Assembly (NCBI GenBank): GCA_951406725.2
Contig: OX597818.1
Coordinates: 75,392,001 to 75,456,000, forward strand
Source: Octopus vulgaris
Lineage: Eukaryota
Length of the DNA stretch: 64,000 nucleotides
Direction: 5' to 3'
Shown: positions 40,425-55,089 of the stretch, piece after piece
Numbering within the stretch: the first letter of the stretch is position 1
How the letters are laid out: each line of letters begins with the position of its first letter
The notes under the pieces: model-generated
Seen by the model: only the letters and a program-made list of their open reading frames with translations
Databases searched by the model: none
What the model was told of the DNA's origin: nothing
Position numbers and translations under genes: made by a program

Positions 40425-41371
40425 ATATATATATGTTTGTATGTATGTTTGCATGTATGTATGTATATATATATACATACATATATTTAAAAATAAAAAT
40501 ATAAATAAATGAATATATATATTCATTTATGCTTATTCATTTATTTTATATTCCCTTTATCTCGTTGTTTTTCTTTTATTATTATTATTACCATCATCAT
40601 CATCATCGTCATCATTATCATCCTCAACATCTTTGTAAGTTGTTTTTTACTTCTTACTTTCATGTTGTTTTTTATTTCTTTTTGGTAAAAATCTCATTTT
40701 TAAAAATAAGGTGTAAAAAAAACACAGCTAAGAAGTTTCTTGATGGCCGAAAAGAAGGCGAAATATACATAAGATAGTTTTAAAGGATATTAACTGAGAT
40801 AGCAAGGATGTAATTGTCATGTCGGTGGTGATGGATATGGTTGAGGAATATTCCAAGTGGTGGTTAGCTTGTGTTTAAAAAAATGAAACTAGCACGTGAA
40901 AGAGAGAGGCTTTATGCCAAAAAGAATTTTTTTTTTTTTTTCATTAAATATGATGAGAGATGTTGATCATTTAGGTCTTCCTACAAATTGAATTGAAGGT
41001 ATTACCTCCGTGTAACAGTTGATTGGATAAAGTGAGCAGGAGACATTGTAAAAATTGCCGTCCTCTCAACACCATTATCATGACCGCCAGTAGTTGTAGT
41101 AGTAGTAGTAGTAGTTGTTGTTGTTGTTGTTGTAGTGGTGGTGGTGCTGGTAGTGGTGGTGGTAGTGGTGACTGGGATGTGGTTGTAAGAGGAGTTGTAG
41201 GAGTGGTAATGTTTTGAGGCTTGCAGTAGTGGTTGTAATAGTAGTTGTAGTTGTGGTAATGGTGGTGGTGGTGGTGGTGGTGGTGGTGGTGTGGTGGTGG
41301 TGGTGATGGTGATGGTGGTACTAGTAGAGATAGTGGTTTAGTGGTGGTGGCGGCGGCGGCAGCAGCAGCAT

Positions 41372-41410
<39 letters not shown>

Positions 41411-41924
41411 CAGCAGCAGCAGCAGCAGTAGTAGATGGTTGGTTTCGCTTAAATTCATTGGAGATAAGAAGACGTAGATAAGACATAAATTCAATTGTGA
41501 AAAGTATTTCCAGCTTCTATTGAAAAATTTCCAGTGTTTTTAGCTGAAGGAAATTGTTGATTCGTCTCTCCAAGCTTCATTTATGTATTTTTTTAAAGCA
41601 ATTCCTCATTAAGACACTATACTATAATGTAATGTTCCTGCTGTTCTTGTTCTTATTGTTGTCGTTATCGATGATGTTTAGCCTAAGGACATTTCTAACC
41701 CACCAAATCAAATGATCCAGTTGTGATTATAATAACAGCCGACATTTTTTTCTCGGATATTTTGTTATATATAACGATTTCTTCTTTTTTCACAGAATAT
41801 ATAGTGTAATTTGAGCTTGTTATTGGCTGCTATTTCTAATAGGCAGAATGCACGCATAAAGTACCCACCTACGTAGTACATCTAGTTCTTATAGTGGTTA
41901 TGACAGTTTTTATTTTGCAGCAGC

Positions 41925-41965
<41 letters not shown>

Positions 41966-42355
41966 GAGGAGGAGGAGGAGGAGGAGGGAGAGGGGAGGAG
42001 GAGGGGAGGACGACGAGGACGACGAGGACGACAAGCAAGAGGAGCAGGAGGAGGAGGTAGAGAAGGAGGTAGAAGAGGATGAAGAAGAAGAAGAAGAAGA
42101 AGAAGAAGAAGAAGAGTAGGAGGTGGAGGAAGAGAAGGCAGCAGGATGGTGGTTGTGCATGATGATTCAGCTTCAAGTGTGTTTCAGCCATAACTACCTT
42201 GCATTTTTTCAGCTCTTAATGTATTTCTAAATGGTATACATGTGTGTGCGTGTGTGTGTATGCATTCGTATATATGAATGTATGTGTATGCATATGTATG
42301 AATACGTGTATATATGTGTGTATGTGTGTGTGTGTGAGCGTGTGTCGATATATAT

Positions 42356-42389
<34 letters not shown>

Positions 42390-42439
42390 ATATACATACA
42401 CACACATACGCACACGCGCACACACACACACACACACGC

Positions 42440-42496
<57 letters not shown>

Positions 42497-42884
42497 TGTG
42501 AGTTTAAAGAAATATATTATCAGGATAATATATTATCCGCATCGATTAGTAGTTAACGTCTATGACTACTAGGGGTTGTCATTCCCGCTGTAAATTCTTC
42601 CGATGGGTAACACTCTGTTCGTTTCACTGGATGGTGATATTATCTGGAATGCATATTAGCAATAGTTATAACAATAGAGAATATGGAGACTCGTACATTC
42701 TCAAATTGTATTTCCTTTTATTTTACAATGTCATACAGCATATTTTTTATGGTTACGACGACCTACACGTGTTTCCATTGTACATATATACGTATAAGAT
42801 ATATAATATATATATATACATACATACATACATACATACATACATACAAACATACATACATACATACATACATACATACATACA

Positions 42885-42920
<36 letters not shown>

Positions 42921-43108
42921 TACATGTGTGTGTTTTGGGGGCCCATAATTTAGCGGCGCGACATAAAAAAACCGTTTGAATAAGTACCTGGCTTTAAAAA
43001 AATATTGAGAACTGGGGTTGACTCCTTCGAATACAAAATTTCTTCGAGACGGTGCTCCACACATATATGTATATAGATATGTGTGTTTGTATATATATAC
43101 ATATATAC

Positions 43109-43181
<73 letters not shown>

Positions 43182-43453
43182 TATATACATATATATACAC
43201 ACATATATACATATATATATGCATGTGTGTGTGTATATATATATACTGATTTTAAATTTTGGCACAGTGCCAACAGTTTCGGAGGTAGGAGGTAAGTCGA
43301 TTACATTGACCTTAGTGTTCAACTGGCACTTATGTTCTCGACCTCGAAAGTATAAAAGCAAAGTCGACCTCGAAAGAATTTGAACTCAGAGCATAAAGAC
43401 AGACGAAATATCGCTACGCATTTCGCCCGGTGTGCTATCATACACACACACAT

Positions 43454-43752
43454 AAACAATTGCAGCGTGAAAGGTGTTTATAAATCATTTAAGAAACACA
43501 CAAAAACCGTTAGATTCACTTCCAACATTTAAATTTAATATGTAAAAATATTAAAATATTTTCGTTGCTTTGAAACCGCGACAAAATTCACTGACAAAAT
43601 TCCGTGCAGCACGGAATTTTGTCAGTGAACAGGTCGCGGTCTCAAAGCGACGAAAATATTTTGACAAATTAAATTTAAATGCTGAAGTGAATCTAACGAT
43701 TTTTGTGGGTTTCTTAAATGTCTTATAAACACCTTCCACGCTACAATTGTTT
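43454..43752. repeat. Fold-back element (about 150-bp arms, centre 43608)
   Basis: ...ACTGACAAAATTCCGTGC-A-GCACGGAATTTTGTCAGT..., with arms extending to AAACAATTG/CAATTGTTT. Confidence 0.9.
43618..43668 (+). ncRNA. Minimal hammerhead, G3-C8 core variant
   Basis: TTTGTCA-GTGAACA-G-GTCGC(GGTCTCAAA)GCGAC-GAAA-ATAT-T-T^-TGACAAA. 7-bp stem I, 5-bp stem II, palindromic AATATT stem III. Confidence 0.6.
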
Positions 43753-43825
43753 TCGTTCCAGCGCACGATCTCAGATCATGTCACTTGCTACGCAGGTACA
43801 TCTCCGTAAGATATATATTTATATG

Positions 43826-43882
<57 letters not shown>

Positions 43883-44040
43883 ATTTCCAGCATTCAGGAG
43901 AATCAGGTACTTAAATAGTAAACCACCAAGGTCAGGTCGGTGATAGCGATATCGTGTACAAACAACATTTAAGGACAAATACTCACTAAATTAAACACGA
44001 ATTTGTACTCCGGTTGTGCATACATTCACAAATGGCTTAC

Positions 44041-44261
44041 CAAATATACAACGAATCATCAAGGTCACACATGGGCACACCCACTGCACCTATTGCACCG
44101 CATTCTACATCCATACGAATTGCAAGTTCCGAGTTAAGAGCCTGCAATTTTTCCATGATGAAACATTTTTGTTCATCAATAAGAAAAAAAACGTCTGAAA
44201 CAGTAGTAGTGTACCGCAAACCATCTGTTGTTATTTGTTTATCCTTCACCGACATCGGAAC
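44041..44261 (-). CDS. Possible host coding exon, product unknown
   Basis: Non-repetitive open frame (...MEKLQALNSELAIRMDVECGAIGAVGVPMCDLDDSLYI) between TTCCAG| and |GTAAGC. No recognisable domain. Confidence 0.2.
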
Positions 44262-44290
44262 CTGGAATTCGTTTGAATCTAGAGTATATA

Positions 44291-44350
<60 letters not shown>

Positions 44351-44879
44351 CGCGCGTGTGTGTGTGTGTGTGTGTGTGAGCGCGCGCGCATTGTTTTTGT
44401 TTTCTTTGTCAATCGTCATGGCGAAAAAGTTTTGTAAACGTGTTAAGCGATAAAGAAAATTCCGTTTTGAGGCTTCACAATGGCCGGTGTTTAAGAGTGC
44501 ATAGGTTGACCTATTTTATTGAAATGATTCATCAAAGTCTAAAATTAAGGAACATGCAAAAAACAAAATTTGAATTTTAGTATTATTTAGATATATTCTT
44601 CTTTCAAAAGCACTGACGTTTGTAACTTCATGGGCTCTCGATTCTCCTTTCAAGCATGAAATTATTCATTATCATAGCATTTTGATATACCTGTGTTATT
44701 TTTTCAGTGCCACTTTTATTGTTTTTAATCTGTATTATATATGTGTGATGTGTGTGAGTGTAAGTGTGTGCAAAATACTTCAAATGCATACATATATTTA
44801 TATATTTTTATAGACAATAAATAATGCAAAAGATATGTGTGTGTGTGTGTGTGTACACACACTCATACCACATACATAA

Positions 44880-44974
<95 letters not shown>

Positions 44975-45049
44975 TATATATATATGCATATATATGCATA
45001 TATATATATATATATGCATATATAGTAATAATACTGATAATGTGATAAT

Positions 45050-45149
<100 letters not shown>

Positions 45150-45602
45150 ATCCATGGATGCAATTTATAAATATTTTAACGCATTGCTACGCACGTTTCC
45201 ATGGTTCACATGTTCCTTCCGATCATAGTCCGTATTCTTGGTATGATTACAGTACAATCCGCTGTATCCATGGACAACTTGTGGATCTTAGTTCATCTTA
45301 GTTCATTCTTCGGGCGATATGGCATTAAAGTTGGAAGTAACGAATATTTAATTGAAAGATGTTTATCAATCGTGGAAACGCGCGTTGTGATGCATTGAAG
45401 TAATTATATATTCTATAGAATCGTTAACACACTAGGCGGAACGCTTAGCAGTATTTCGTCAGTCCTTATGTTCTCAATTCACATTCCGGTGAGGTCGACT
45501 TTGCCTTTCATCCTCTCGGAGATCGATAAATTAAGTACCAGTTGAACACTGGGGTCGATGTAATCGACTAGCACCCTCCCCCAAAATTCCTAACCTTAGT
45601 AT

Positions 45603-45655
<53 letters not shown>

Positions 45656-46169
45656 TCATTATTATATTTATACTACGTTATAACGACGCAGCTCTGTACA
45701 TAACACTGCTATTACAAGTTGGTGTCATTGGGCCTTAGTCGACACAATAACATAGGATATTTTATATGCGTACTAAAAAACGTTTCCCGAACTTAAAGGT
45801 ATATATGTTTATATACACACCATTTTTACCATTTTACTGAATCAACCACTGATTCCTATGGTATTTTGTACAAATTGACAGAGCGAGTGAACGTAACCCT
45901 AGGCAACGGAGTAGCGTCACCGATAAGGATTAATTCTATCCGACATCACCGGTGATCTGACGCATCTCGCTTGTTGTAGGGAGTTTGTCAGTCAAGAGAT
46001 AGTGCCTTGTCTGTTGCTAAAAGTTGTTTTGGCTCCAATTTCTAGCAATGTTGGTGCTGATTTGCACCCTTCGTCAATTTAGTGACAAGTGTACTTTTAC
46101 CTTTTGGTTTTAAATTTTGACTAGCCACTTTAATAATTTGTGTCTAAATATATATAAATATATATATAT

Positions 46170-46254
<85 letters not shown>

Positions 46255-47178
46255 GATGTGTGTATATGTATATGTATATGTATATATATATATGTGTATA
46301 TATGTGTATAAGTGTATGTGTGAGTGTGTACATACACGACAGACTTCTTTCAGTTACCGCCTACCAAATCCACTCACAAAACCTTGGCCTGTCCGGGGCT
46401 ATAGAAGAAGGCACTTGCCTAAGGCGACACGCAGTGGGACTGAACCCAGAACCATGCGGTTGACAAGCAAACTTCTTACCACATGGCCACACCTGTACCT
46501 ATATGTCTACTTATCAACAGGATTTTTGTTTTGATGTCTATTTAATTTTAAACGATAGTTGCTAGAGATGAGCTTCCTGATCAAACCTTTTGAAAAGACT
46601 TCTAAACTAAATGCTCCTTTCCTATTTAAGCTTACAACAAACTTAAACTCGATCAGTAGTGTTTATACTTCTGATGGGTTTATCCATGATTATATTTGAC
46701 TTGTTTTTCACTAACAATAGTTTTATTTCAAGATCGTTTATTCCGTTTTGTTTTATTATTCCAATTGTCATTCTTAACTTTCTGATGTGTGTGTAATTTA
46801 AACTGTATATTTTGCATATAACAGCCACATGTTATACAAATAACTATTAAGCGTATTTCCATACAGTCGTTTCGTTTTGTCTTGTCTGCATTCAAAAGTT
46901 CATTGCACTTTATTTTGTTTGTATTACATCCTGACCTCATTTACACACGTTGTGCATTATTTGAAAGATATATTTTGTACAGAATAATAGTCATACATGT
47001 AGGGACAAAACCAGCAATATTAATTGCATACGATTAGTCGATTACATTGACTCTACTACTTGACTGGCGTCTATTTTATTGGCCCAGGAGGGTTGAAAGG
47101 CAACGATGATGTTGGCGGGATTTCAACTCAGAACATAAAGAAACAATTATTATTATTATTATTATTATTATCATTATT

Positions 47179-48715
47179 CAGTAGTTTTATTTTTATTTTT
47201 ATAGCGTGCTTTCACTTCACTACCGAGCGCAGCTCTGTGTGCCTTGGGTATGTGCTGTGATTTGTTGTGATGCTCTGATGGTTATTGTATGGAAAGTGTT
47301 CTGCGTAGGATGTGTGCAGTGCCTAGTAGTGCAATTTTCTGTATGTTATATGTGTTTGTAAGTCCTGGTGTTTTTGTTATGTATTTGTCTGAATATTTTT
47401 TTATCATGCCTAATGCACCTACTATGATAGGAATTGTTTCTGTTTTCAGATTCCACATTCTAGTTACCTCTATTTCCAGGTCTTTGTATTTTGAGAGTTT
47501 CTCCATTTCTTTTAGAGACACGTTGTCATCTGCCGGTACTGATACATCAATTAGAAAGCATTTTTTTCTTCATGGTCTCTGACAACTATATCTGGTCTGT
47601 TGGCCTTAATTTCTCTATCTGTGTGTATCGGCATATCCCAGAGTATGGTTGCTTTCTCGTTTTCTGTGACCTTTTCTGGTGTGTGCCTATACCATATTTT
47701 TTCTGTTGTTATTCCATAATGTTGGCATAGCTTCCAATATGTAAGTTCCAACTCTGTCGTGTCTGTGAATATATTCCTTCTTAGCCAGGACTGGGCAGCT
47801 AGAGATAATATGATTTATTGTTTCTTGTCCATCTCCACATATTCTGCAGTTACTTGTAATATTTCTTTTCATTACATGTTTTTGGTAATTTCTGGTGGGG
47901 AGGCTTTGGTCTTGTGCTGCAATTAAAAATCCCTCTGCCTCTGCTTTGAGTCCTGAGCTTCTCAACCATTGCTGGGATTTTTCTTTGTCTATTTCTTTTG
48001 CGTTTAGTTTAGTCCAGTATTTACCATGAAGGGGCTTTTCTTGCCATCGTTTTATCATGGTTCGTTGCTGTTCTATTTTTAGTTTGGATTTCATTTTTTT
48101 TATAGCTTTTGTTGTTTCTTCATCTTCTTCTTCTTCTTCATGTTTATTAGGTGGTATGATTTCTTGTTTGTATTTGTCAGCTTCCTTAAATACTGAGAAC
48201 AGTTTTTTGTTTTGCTCGTGTTTTGCCGCTATCTGGATCAGTTTTCCTTCCTTCTGAAGTAGATATTTTTGCAGTCCTATGGTGGTTATTTTATAGTAGT
48301 TTTCCAGCTGTATAAGGCCTCTACCACCTTCTATACGTTGTATATATAGTCTTTCTATGTCAGATTTTGGGTGATGCATCCTAGATCCTGTCATTATTTT
48401 TCTTGTTTTCCTGTCTATTTTGGTCAGTTCATTTCGTGTCCAGTTAAGGATATTGTAGCTGTAACTTATAACTGGGACAGCTAAAGTGTTGATACCTATT
48501 ATCTTGTTTTTAATATTGAGTTCTGTGTTTAGTATTGATCTAACTCGTCTATAATATTCTTTTTTTATTTTCTCTTTCATTTGTGTGTTGTGTCTTATCT
48601 AGTTCATGGATTCCTAAGTATTTGCAAGTTTGGCTTTGGTCTAATTCTTTTATTTCATTTGCTTCATCCAGTGTGATGTTGTTACTCTTAACTAGTTTTC
48701 CTCTTTTCATGGTTA
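47179..48715 (-). mobile_element. R4/Dong-clade RLE LINE, 5'-truncated, in (TAA)n
   Basis: YLG, GGRGL, CRICGDGQETINHIISSC, RHD, RPDIVV...IDVSVP...EKLSKYKDL, QKIALLGTAHILRR. (TTA)n on both flanks; several frameshifts. Confidence 0.93.
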
Positions 48716-48721
48716 CTATTA

Positions 48722-48789
<68 letters not shown>

Positions 48790-48799
48790 ATACGCACTA

Positions 48800-50935
48800 C
48801 AGATTAGACTGTTGGAAAAGAAAAATTCCTGACATCGGGCTATAACAAGTAACCTCAGATGTCAAGAACCCTCCTAGCTGTCCCTAATAACAGTTTTCCA
48901 GTGCCTATTTCCTCCATCCATCTGTTCAAATCTTTAGAGATAGTTCATAATGTACCTTTAACTTGTGGGATACATTTTACCCGCACTTTCCATAGTCTCT
49001 GTAATTTATTGGCTAGGTCCTGGTACTTTGCTATTTTTTCTATACCTCACATATTGATTTTCTCATCATTCGGCACTTTTTATTGTCTTTATCTACTACT
49101 ACTAAATCAGGCCTTCTAGCTTCTATTACTCTGTTATTCTGAACGTTAAAATCCCACAACATCTTATATTTCTTACTTTCTGGTACTTTACTAGGTCCAT
49201 GTTCATACCATTTACCAGTATGTTCAAATCCTAGCTTTCTACATATCTCCCAGTGGATTGCGTTCCCTAGATTGTTATTTCTTTTCTTGTATTCTTTCTC
49301 TGCCAGCATGCTACATTCACTTACTATATGAGTAACACCTTCCTCTTTGGGAATCTACTTGGTTTCTGTCTATCTTGGTTTTTATCCAATTGGTCTTTAA
49401 TGTTTGATCTTGTGTTGCTGCTAACAAACTTTCTGACCCCTTTTCAGCCTTCCTTTCTGCAACCATAACTATGTCTCACTACAACTATTTGCTGCAACTA
49501 TCTTTAGGAAGCTACCATGCAAAGCCTTCTCGTGTCAGTTAGATAACTTTTGTTCTTTTTTCTGATATTTAAATTCACTTGGCTTTTTCGTTTCTCCATG
49601 TCCTGCCGTGATTCTAGCAGCTCTTAATAAATTTCCTTCACCATTACTTACATAAGAGTCTATATCTACTCTAGCTAACTCCATATCTACTGATATTAAC
49701 CCTCTTCCGCTTTCCTTTCTAGGTAAGTATAATCTTGCTACTCCTGCCCTTGGATGGCATCCTCCATTCACATCGAATTCCTTCCTACTTCTGTCTAACT
49801 TTGCTAATTCAGTTTTTGTCCAATCTACAAAAGCTGCTGAGTATCTAAGTAATGATACTGCCCAAGTATTTACAGCCTTCACTAGATTCAGCCTATTTAG
49901 CTTCATTAGCTTCCTTACCATTCTGATGTGCTCCTTCTTAATTTTCGTTTTCATTTCTATAGTTAGTACTCTGTCAGATTGTAACACACCTAGATACTTA
50001 TAAGTCTCTCCTCCTTTCAGTGATTTTAATGTCTGGCCATCTAGTAATTGGATGCCTTCACTGTTGACTAATATTGCACACTTATCTATGCCAAATTCCA
50101 TGCCTATAACTTTGCTGAAGAATCTTACAGTCTGTATTAAGGAATCATCTATGTAGAGCAAATAGTTAATTTTTCCCTTACTATTTCTAAACTGGTAAAC
50201 TTCCTTAATACTAAACTGAAGGGTATCAAAAATAAGATTAAAGTGGATAATGAGACTCCGTGGAAAATTCCTCTCTTGATATTAACTTTCCCTAAGACTG
50301 TGTCACTTTGGTAGAACTCCGCTTTCCATTTCTTCATGCTAAAGCTAATTAATTCTCTTATGTTGTCTGCAATACTGAATATATTCAAACATTCACTTGT
50401 CCATGAATGTGAGACCATGTCATAGGCTTTCTTATAATCTATCCTTGCTATTGTTAGATTTTTCTTTCTAGCTTTTACTTCACTTAGAACTGCTTTGTCT
50501 ATGTGTAATAGATCATGCGTTCCTCTAGCCTTCTTCCAACAACCTTTCTGTTCTTCTGGCAGTAAATTCTGGTTGTCAAAGTGCTAGTAAATGCTTTCTG
50601 AAAGCATCCCTGTTGATAGTTTCCACACTGATGGTAAGCAAAGGATTGGTCTATAATTGCTAGGTGTATTACCCTTGCTTTTGTCTTTCACATGGAGTAC
50701 TGTTCTCTCTCTCGTCATCTAGTCTAGTATTATTCCTTATCCAGTCTAGTATTATTCCTTAAGGCACTTCTGAATTTGTTCCCTCAGCCTCCCATGTAAG
50801 TTACTGAATTCCTTTAACCAGTATCCTTGAGCTAAATCCTGTCCACGGCCCTTCCAATTCGGCATTTTTCCTCGCACTATACTCACTTGTTAGTCTTAGA
50901 TCTAGCTGCTTCTTACTCACTACTTCTCTCATTTT
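48800..50935 (-). mobile_element. Older R4/Dong-clade LINE relic (RT to RLE)
   Basis: NYRPI, EQKGC, DYKKAYDMV, RGIFHGVSLS, LYIDD, YKYLGV, GRGLIS, LWDFNVQ...RRPDLVV. Many lesions. Confidence 0.88.
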
Positions 50936-50969
50936 CTCCTTTTTATTATTATCATTATGTAAAAAAGAC

Positions 50970-51788
50970 AAGGCGGCGAGCTGGCAGAAACGTTAGCACG
51001 CCGGGCGAAATGCTTAGCAGTATTTCGTCTGCCGCTACGTTCTGAGTTCAAATTCCGCCGAGGTCGACTTTGCCTTTCATCCGTTCGGGGTCGATTAAAT
51101 AAGTACCAGTTACGCACTGGGGTCGATATAATCGACTTAATCCGTTTGTCTGTCCTTGTTTGTCCTCTCTGTGTTTAGCCCCTTTGTGGGTAGTAAAGAA
51201 ATAGGTATTTCACCCGTCGCTACGTTCTGAGTTCAACTTCCACTGAGGTCGATTTTGCCTTTTATTCTTTCGGGCTCGATAAAATAAGTACTAGTTGAAT
51301 ACTAGGGTCGATGCAATCGACTCATCCCCCTCCCCAAAATTGCTGCCCTTGTGACAAAATTTGAAACCATTATTCTTATTGTTATTATAAAGGCGACGAG
51401 ATGGCAGAATTGTTAGCGCGCCGGGCGAAATGCGTAGCCGTATTTCGTCTGCCGTTACGTTCTAGGTTCAAATTCCGCCGAGGTCGACTTTGCCTTTCAT
51501 CATTTCGAGGTCGATAAATTAAGTACCAGTTACGCACTGGGGTCGATATAATCAACTTAATCCGTTTGTCTGTCCTTGTTTTTCCCCTCTGTGTTTTAAC
51601 CTCTTGTGTGTAGTAACGAAATAGGTATTTCGCCTGTCGCTATGTTTTCAGTTCAAGTTCCACCGAGGTCGACATTGCCTTTCATCCTTTCGGGATCGAC
51701 AAATCAAATATCAGCGAATCACTTGGGTCGATGTAATCGACAACTCCCCTCCTCAAAACGTTCAACCCTTGTGCCTTTAGTAGAAAGG

Positions 51789-51790
<2 letters not shown>
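50970..51790 (+). mobile_element. Tandem array of SINE family B: (full + headless) x2
   Basis: Heads at about 50970 and 51390. Headless units start within GGTATTTC at about 51204 and 51623. Confidence 0.85.
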
Positions 51791-51833
<43 letters not shown>

Positions 51834-51836
<3 letters not shown>

Positions 51837-53061
51837 TAGTTTTATTTTTTATAGCGTGCTTTCACTTCACTACCGAGCGCAGCTCTGTGTGCCTTGGGTA
51901 TGTGCTGTGATTTGTTGTGATGCTCTGATGGTTATTGTATGGAAAGTGTTCTGCGTAGGATGTGTGCAGTGCCTAGTAGTGCAATTTTCTGTATGTTATA
52001 TGTGTTTGTAAGTCCTGGTGTTTTTGTTATGTATTTGTCTGAATATTTTTTTATCATGCCTAATGCACCTACTATGATAGGAATTGTTTCTGTTTTCAGG
52101 TTCCACATTCTAGTTACCTCTATTTCCAGGTCTTTGTATTTTGAGAGTTTCTCCATTTCTTTTAGAGACACGTTGTCATCTGCCGGTATTGATACATCAA
52201 TTAGAAAGCATTTTTTTTCTTCATGATCTCTGACAACTATATCTGGTCTGTTGGCCTTAATTTCTCTATCTGTGTGTATCGGCATATCCCAGAGTATGGT
52301 TGCTTTCTCGTTTTCTGTGACCTTTTCTGGTGTGTGCCTATACCATCTTTTTTCTGTTGTTATTCCATAATGTTGGCATAGCTTCCAATGTATGTAGGTT
52401 CCAACTCCGTCATGTCTGTGAATATATTCCTTCTTAGCCAGGACTGGGCAGCTAGAGATAATATGATTTATTGTTTCTTGTCCATCTCCACATATTCTGC
52501 AGTTACTTGTAATATTTCTTTTCATTACATGTTTTTGGTAATTTCTGGTGGGGAGGCTTTGGTCTTGTGCTGCAATTAAAAATCCCTCTGTTTCTGCTTT
52601 GAGTCCTGAGCTTCTCAACCATTGCTGGGATTTTTCTTTGTCTATTTCTTTTGCGTTTAGTTTAGTGCAGTATTTACCATGAAGGGCTTTTCTTGCCATC
52701 GTTTTATCATGGCTCGTTGCTGTTCTATTTTTAGTTTGGATTTCATTTGTTTTATAGCTTTTGTTGTTTCTTCATCATCTTCTTCTTCTTCTTTGTGTTT
52801 ATTAGGTGGTATGATTTCTTGTTTGTATTTGTCAGCTTCCTTAAATACTGAGAACAGTTTTTTGTTTTGCTCGTGTTTTGCTGCTATCTGGATCAGTTTT
52901 CCTTCCTTCTGAAGTAGGTATTTTTGCAGTCCTATGGTGGTTATTTTATAGTAGTTTTCCAGCTGTATAAGGCCTCTACCACCTTCTATACGTTGTATAT
53001 ATAGTCTTTCTATGTCAGATTTTGGGTGATGCATCCTAGATCCTGTCAGTATTTTTCTTGT
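51834..53061 (-). mobile_element. R4/Dong-clade RLE LINE, second young copy, in (TAA)n
   Basis: Near-identical to 47179-48410, with the same 3' end (...AAACTACTG(AAT)n) but a different 5' truncation point. Confidence 0.93.
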
Positions 53062-53072
53062 TAATAATAATA

Positions 53073-53262
<190 letters not shown>

Positions 53263-53264
53263 CT

Positions 53265-53960
53265 CTATACAATATGCGTGCAGTCCCAAGTAATGCCGAT
53301 TTTTGCAATACAGCTAGATTGTAGGGTTTTTCTAAAGTTTCCAGTTTTTTTTTTCTTTTTCTTTTTCTTTTTCAAGTTGGGTGGTATTGTATCCAATGCT
53401 CCGATGACAATAAGGACAACCTTTCTCGTAGCTGCCACATCTTAGCGATCTCAATTCTCAGATCTCCATATTTATCAATATTTTCCTCTTTCTTTCATGA
53501 TAATATGGTGATCTTCTAGCACTGCCTTGTCGATTATTAGGCACTCTTGTTTGCCCCTCCTAATGGTTACTATATCCAGTCTTCGGTGCTCTAATACCTC
53601 ATCTGTCTGAACATCAAAGTCCCAGAGGATGTTTGCCTTCCTTTTTTCGTCCATTACCTTTTCCGGTGTATGTTGGTACCAAGCACCCGTTACCTCGTAT
53701 CCATACTTCCGACATAGTATCCAGTGAAGGCTTTGGGCTACCTTGTTGTGTCTGCGCTTGTACTCTTTCTACGCAAGACTTTCATAAGCACTAACAATAT
53801 GAGTTACACTTTCGACCCTCTTCCACACATTCTGCAGGGGTTCGTTGCACTTGTGTGATATATATCCTTTTTCACTGAGTTGGTATTCAATGTCTGATCC
53901 TGGGCAGCGATGACTTACAGTATTCTTTTTATGTCACCGTTGTTGAGCCACCTCCGTCGT
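53265..53960 (-). mobile_element. Third R4/Dong family, 3' fragment (CCHC/RLE)
   Basis: IAAQDQTLNT, YKRRHNKVAQSLHW, ILWDFDVQTD...RRLDIV, LQKSALLGTARIL, followed by (TAA)n. Confidence 0.85.
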
Positions 53961-54128
53961 TTTGAGTTTAAATTCCATCGAAGTCAGCATTGCCCTTCAT
54001 TCTTTCGAGGTCAATGAAATAAGTACTAGTCAAGCACTGAGGTCCTTGAAATCGACTTGCCTCTGTCTCCTCAAAATTGCTGGTCTTGCGCCAAAATCGG
54101 TAAGAGCTATTTTCATTTAAGACATTCA

Positions 54129-54188
<60 letters not shown>

Positions 54189-55025
54189 ACTACTACTACT
54201 ACTACTACTGCTGCCTCTACCGCTACCACCCTCACCCCGCTATTACTATTAACGCCACCACAACCACCACTAATACTACTAATACTACAACCATTACTAC
54301 TAGTGCATTTGCTGTTTTTGCAAATCTTAGAATTAAAAAAGCATGTTCTCCACTAAGGAATGGCTCACTGTTGCAACAGCTTCATTTCCCTAACGCGTTT
54401 GGTTTGATATTTATTTTCCGTATAAAATATACCGTAAATATAAGATCTGATATTATCCTCATGTCCCCTATAAATCCGAAACCCCTTATTAAAATGAAAC
54501 ACTATTAATTTTAGCTTTGTAACATTTTATTTATGATATGTTCATGTCCATTTTTTTTCTTTTATCATTCATCACTAATGTTGTTTTGTTTTGTGTCGTT
54601 TGGTTTTTCCGCGTCTATATTTACATATTGTTTTTGTTTTACGTTCATAATATGAATATGCAAACAGTCTTTCTTCTTTTTGTTTGCTTGTTTGCTTGTT
54701 TGTTTGTCTGTTTTGTTTTTGTTTTTTGTTGTTGTTGTTTAATGGAACATTCTAGAGACAATAAGAAAACAGATTAAAGTAATTCAGATTTCGTTTCAAA
54801 ATCACATGCAGTAATAAACAGAAGAATGAGGTTAAAAGATTGGCAAACTCTTTCAACTCTTTTATTTTCGGCTTTTCATATTCCGACATTGTTTTTATCT
54901 ATTTTTTTTTTCTTTTGCAAGTCGAGAACTTCCATGCATAAAACTGAACAAAAACTCATTAAAACTGAACAAAGTTTAATAACATAGTTAGTGGTGGTGG
55001 TAGTGGTCATGACGATGATGGTGGC

Positions 55026-55059
<34 letters not shown>

Positions 55060-55089
55060 ATGGTGAGGGGTGGTGATGATGTTGGTATC

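Noticed and set aside
46040-46130. GKSTL P-loop-like peptide on the minus strand
   Set aside because: No upstream Gly of GxxxxGKS, and a stop follows within 20 codons.
50970-51790. CRISPR-like repeat-spacer pattern
   Set aside because: The units are about 200-bp SINE monomers in eukaryotic DNA, with no short constant repeats and no cas genes.
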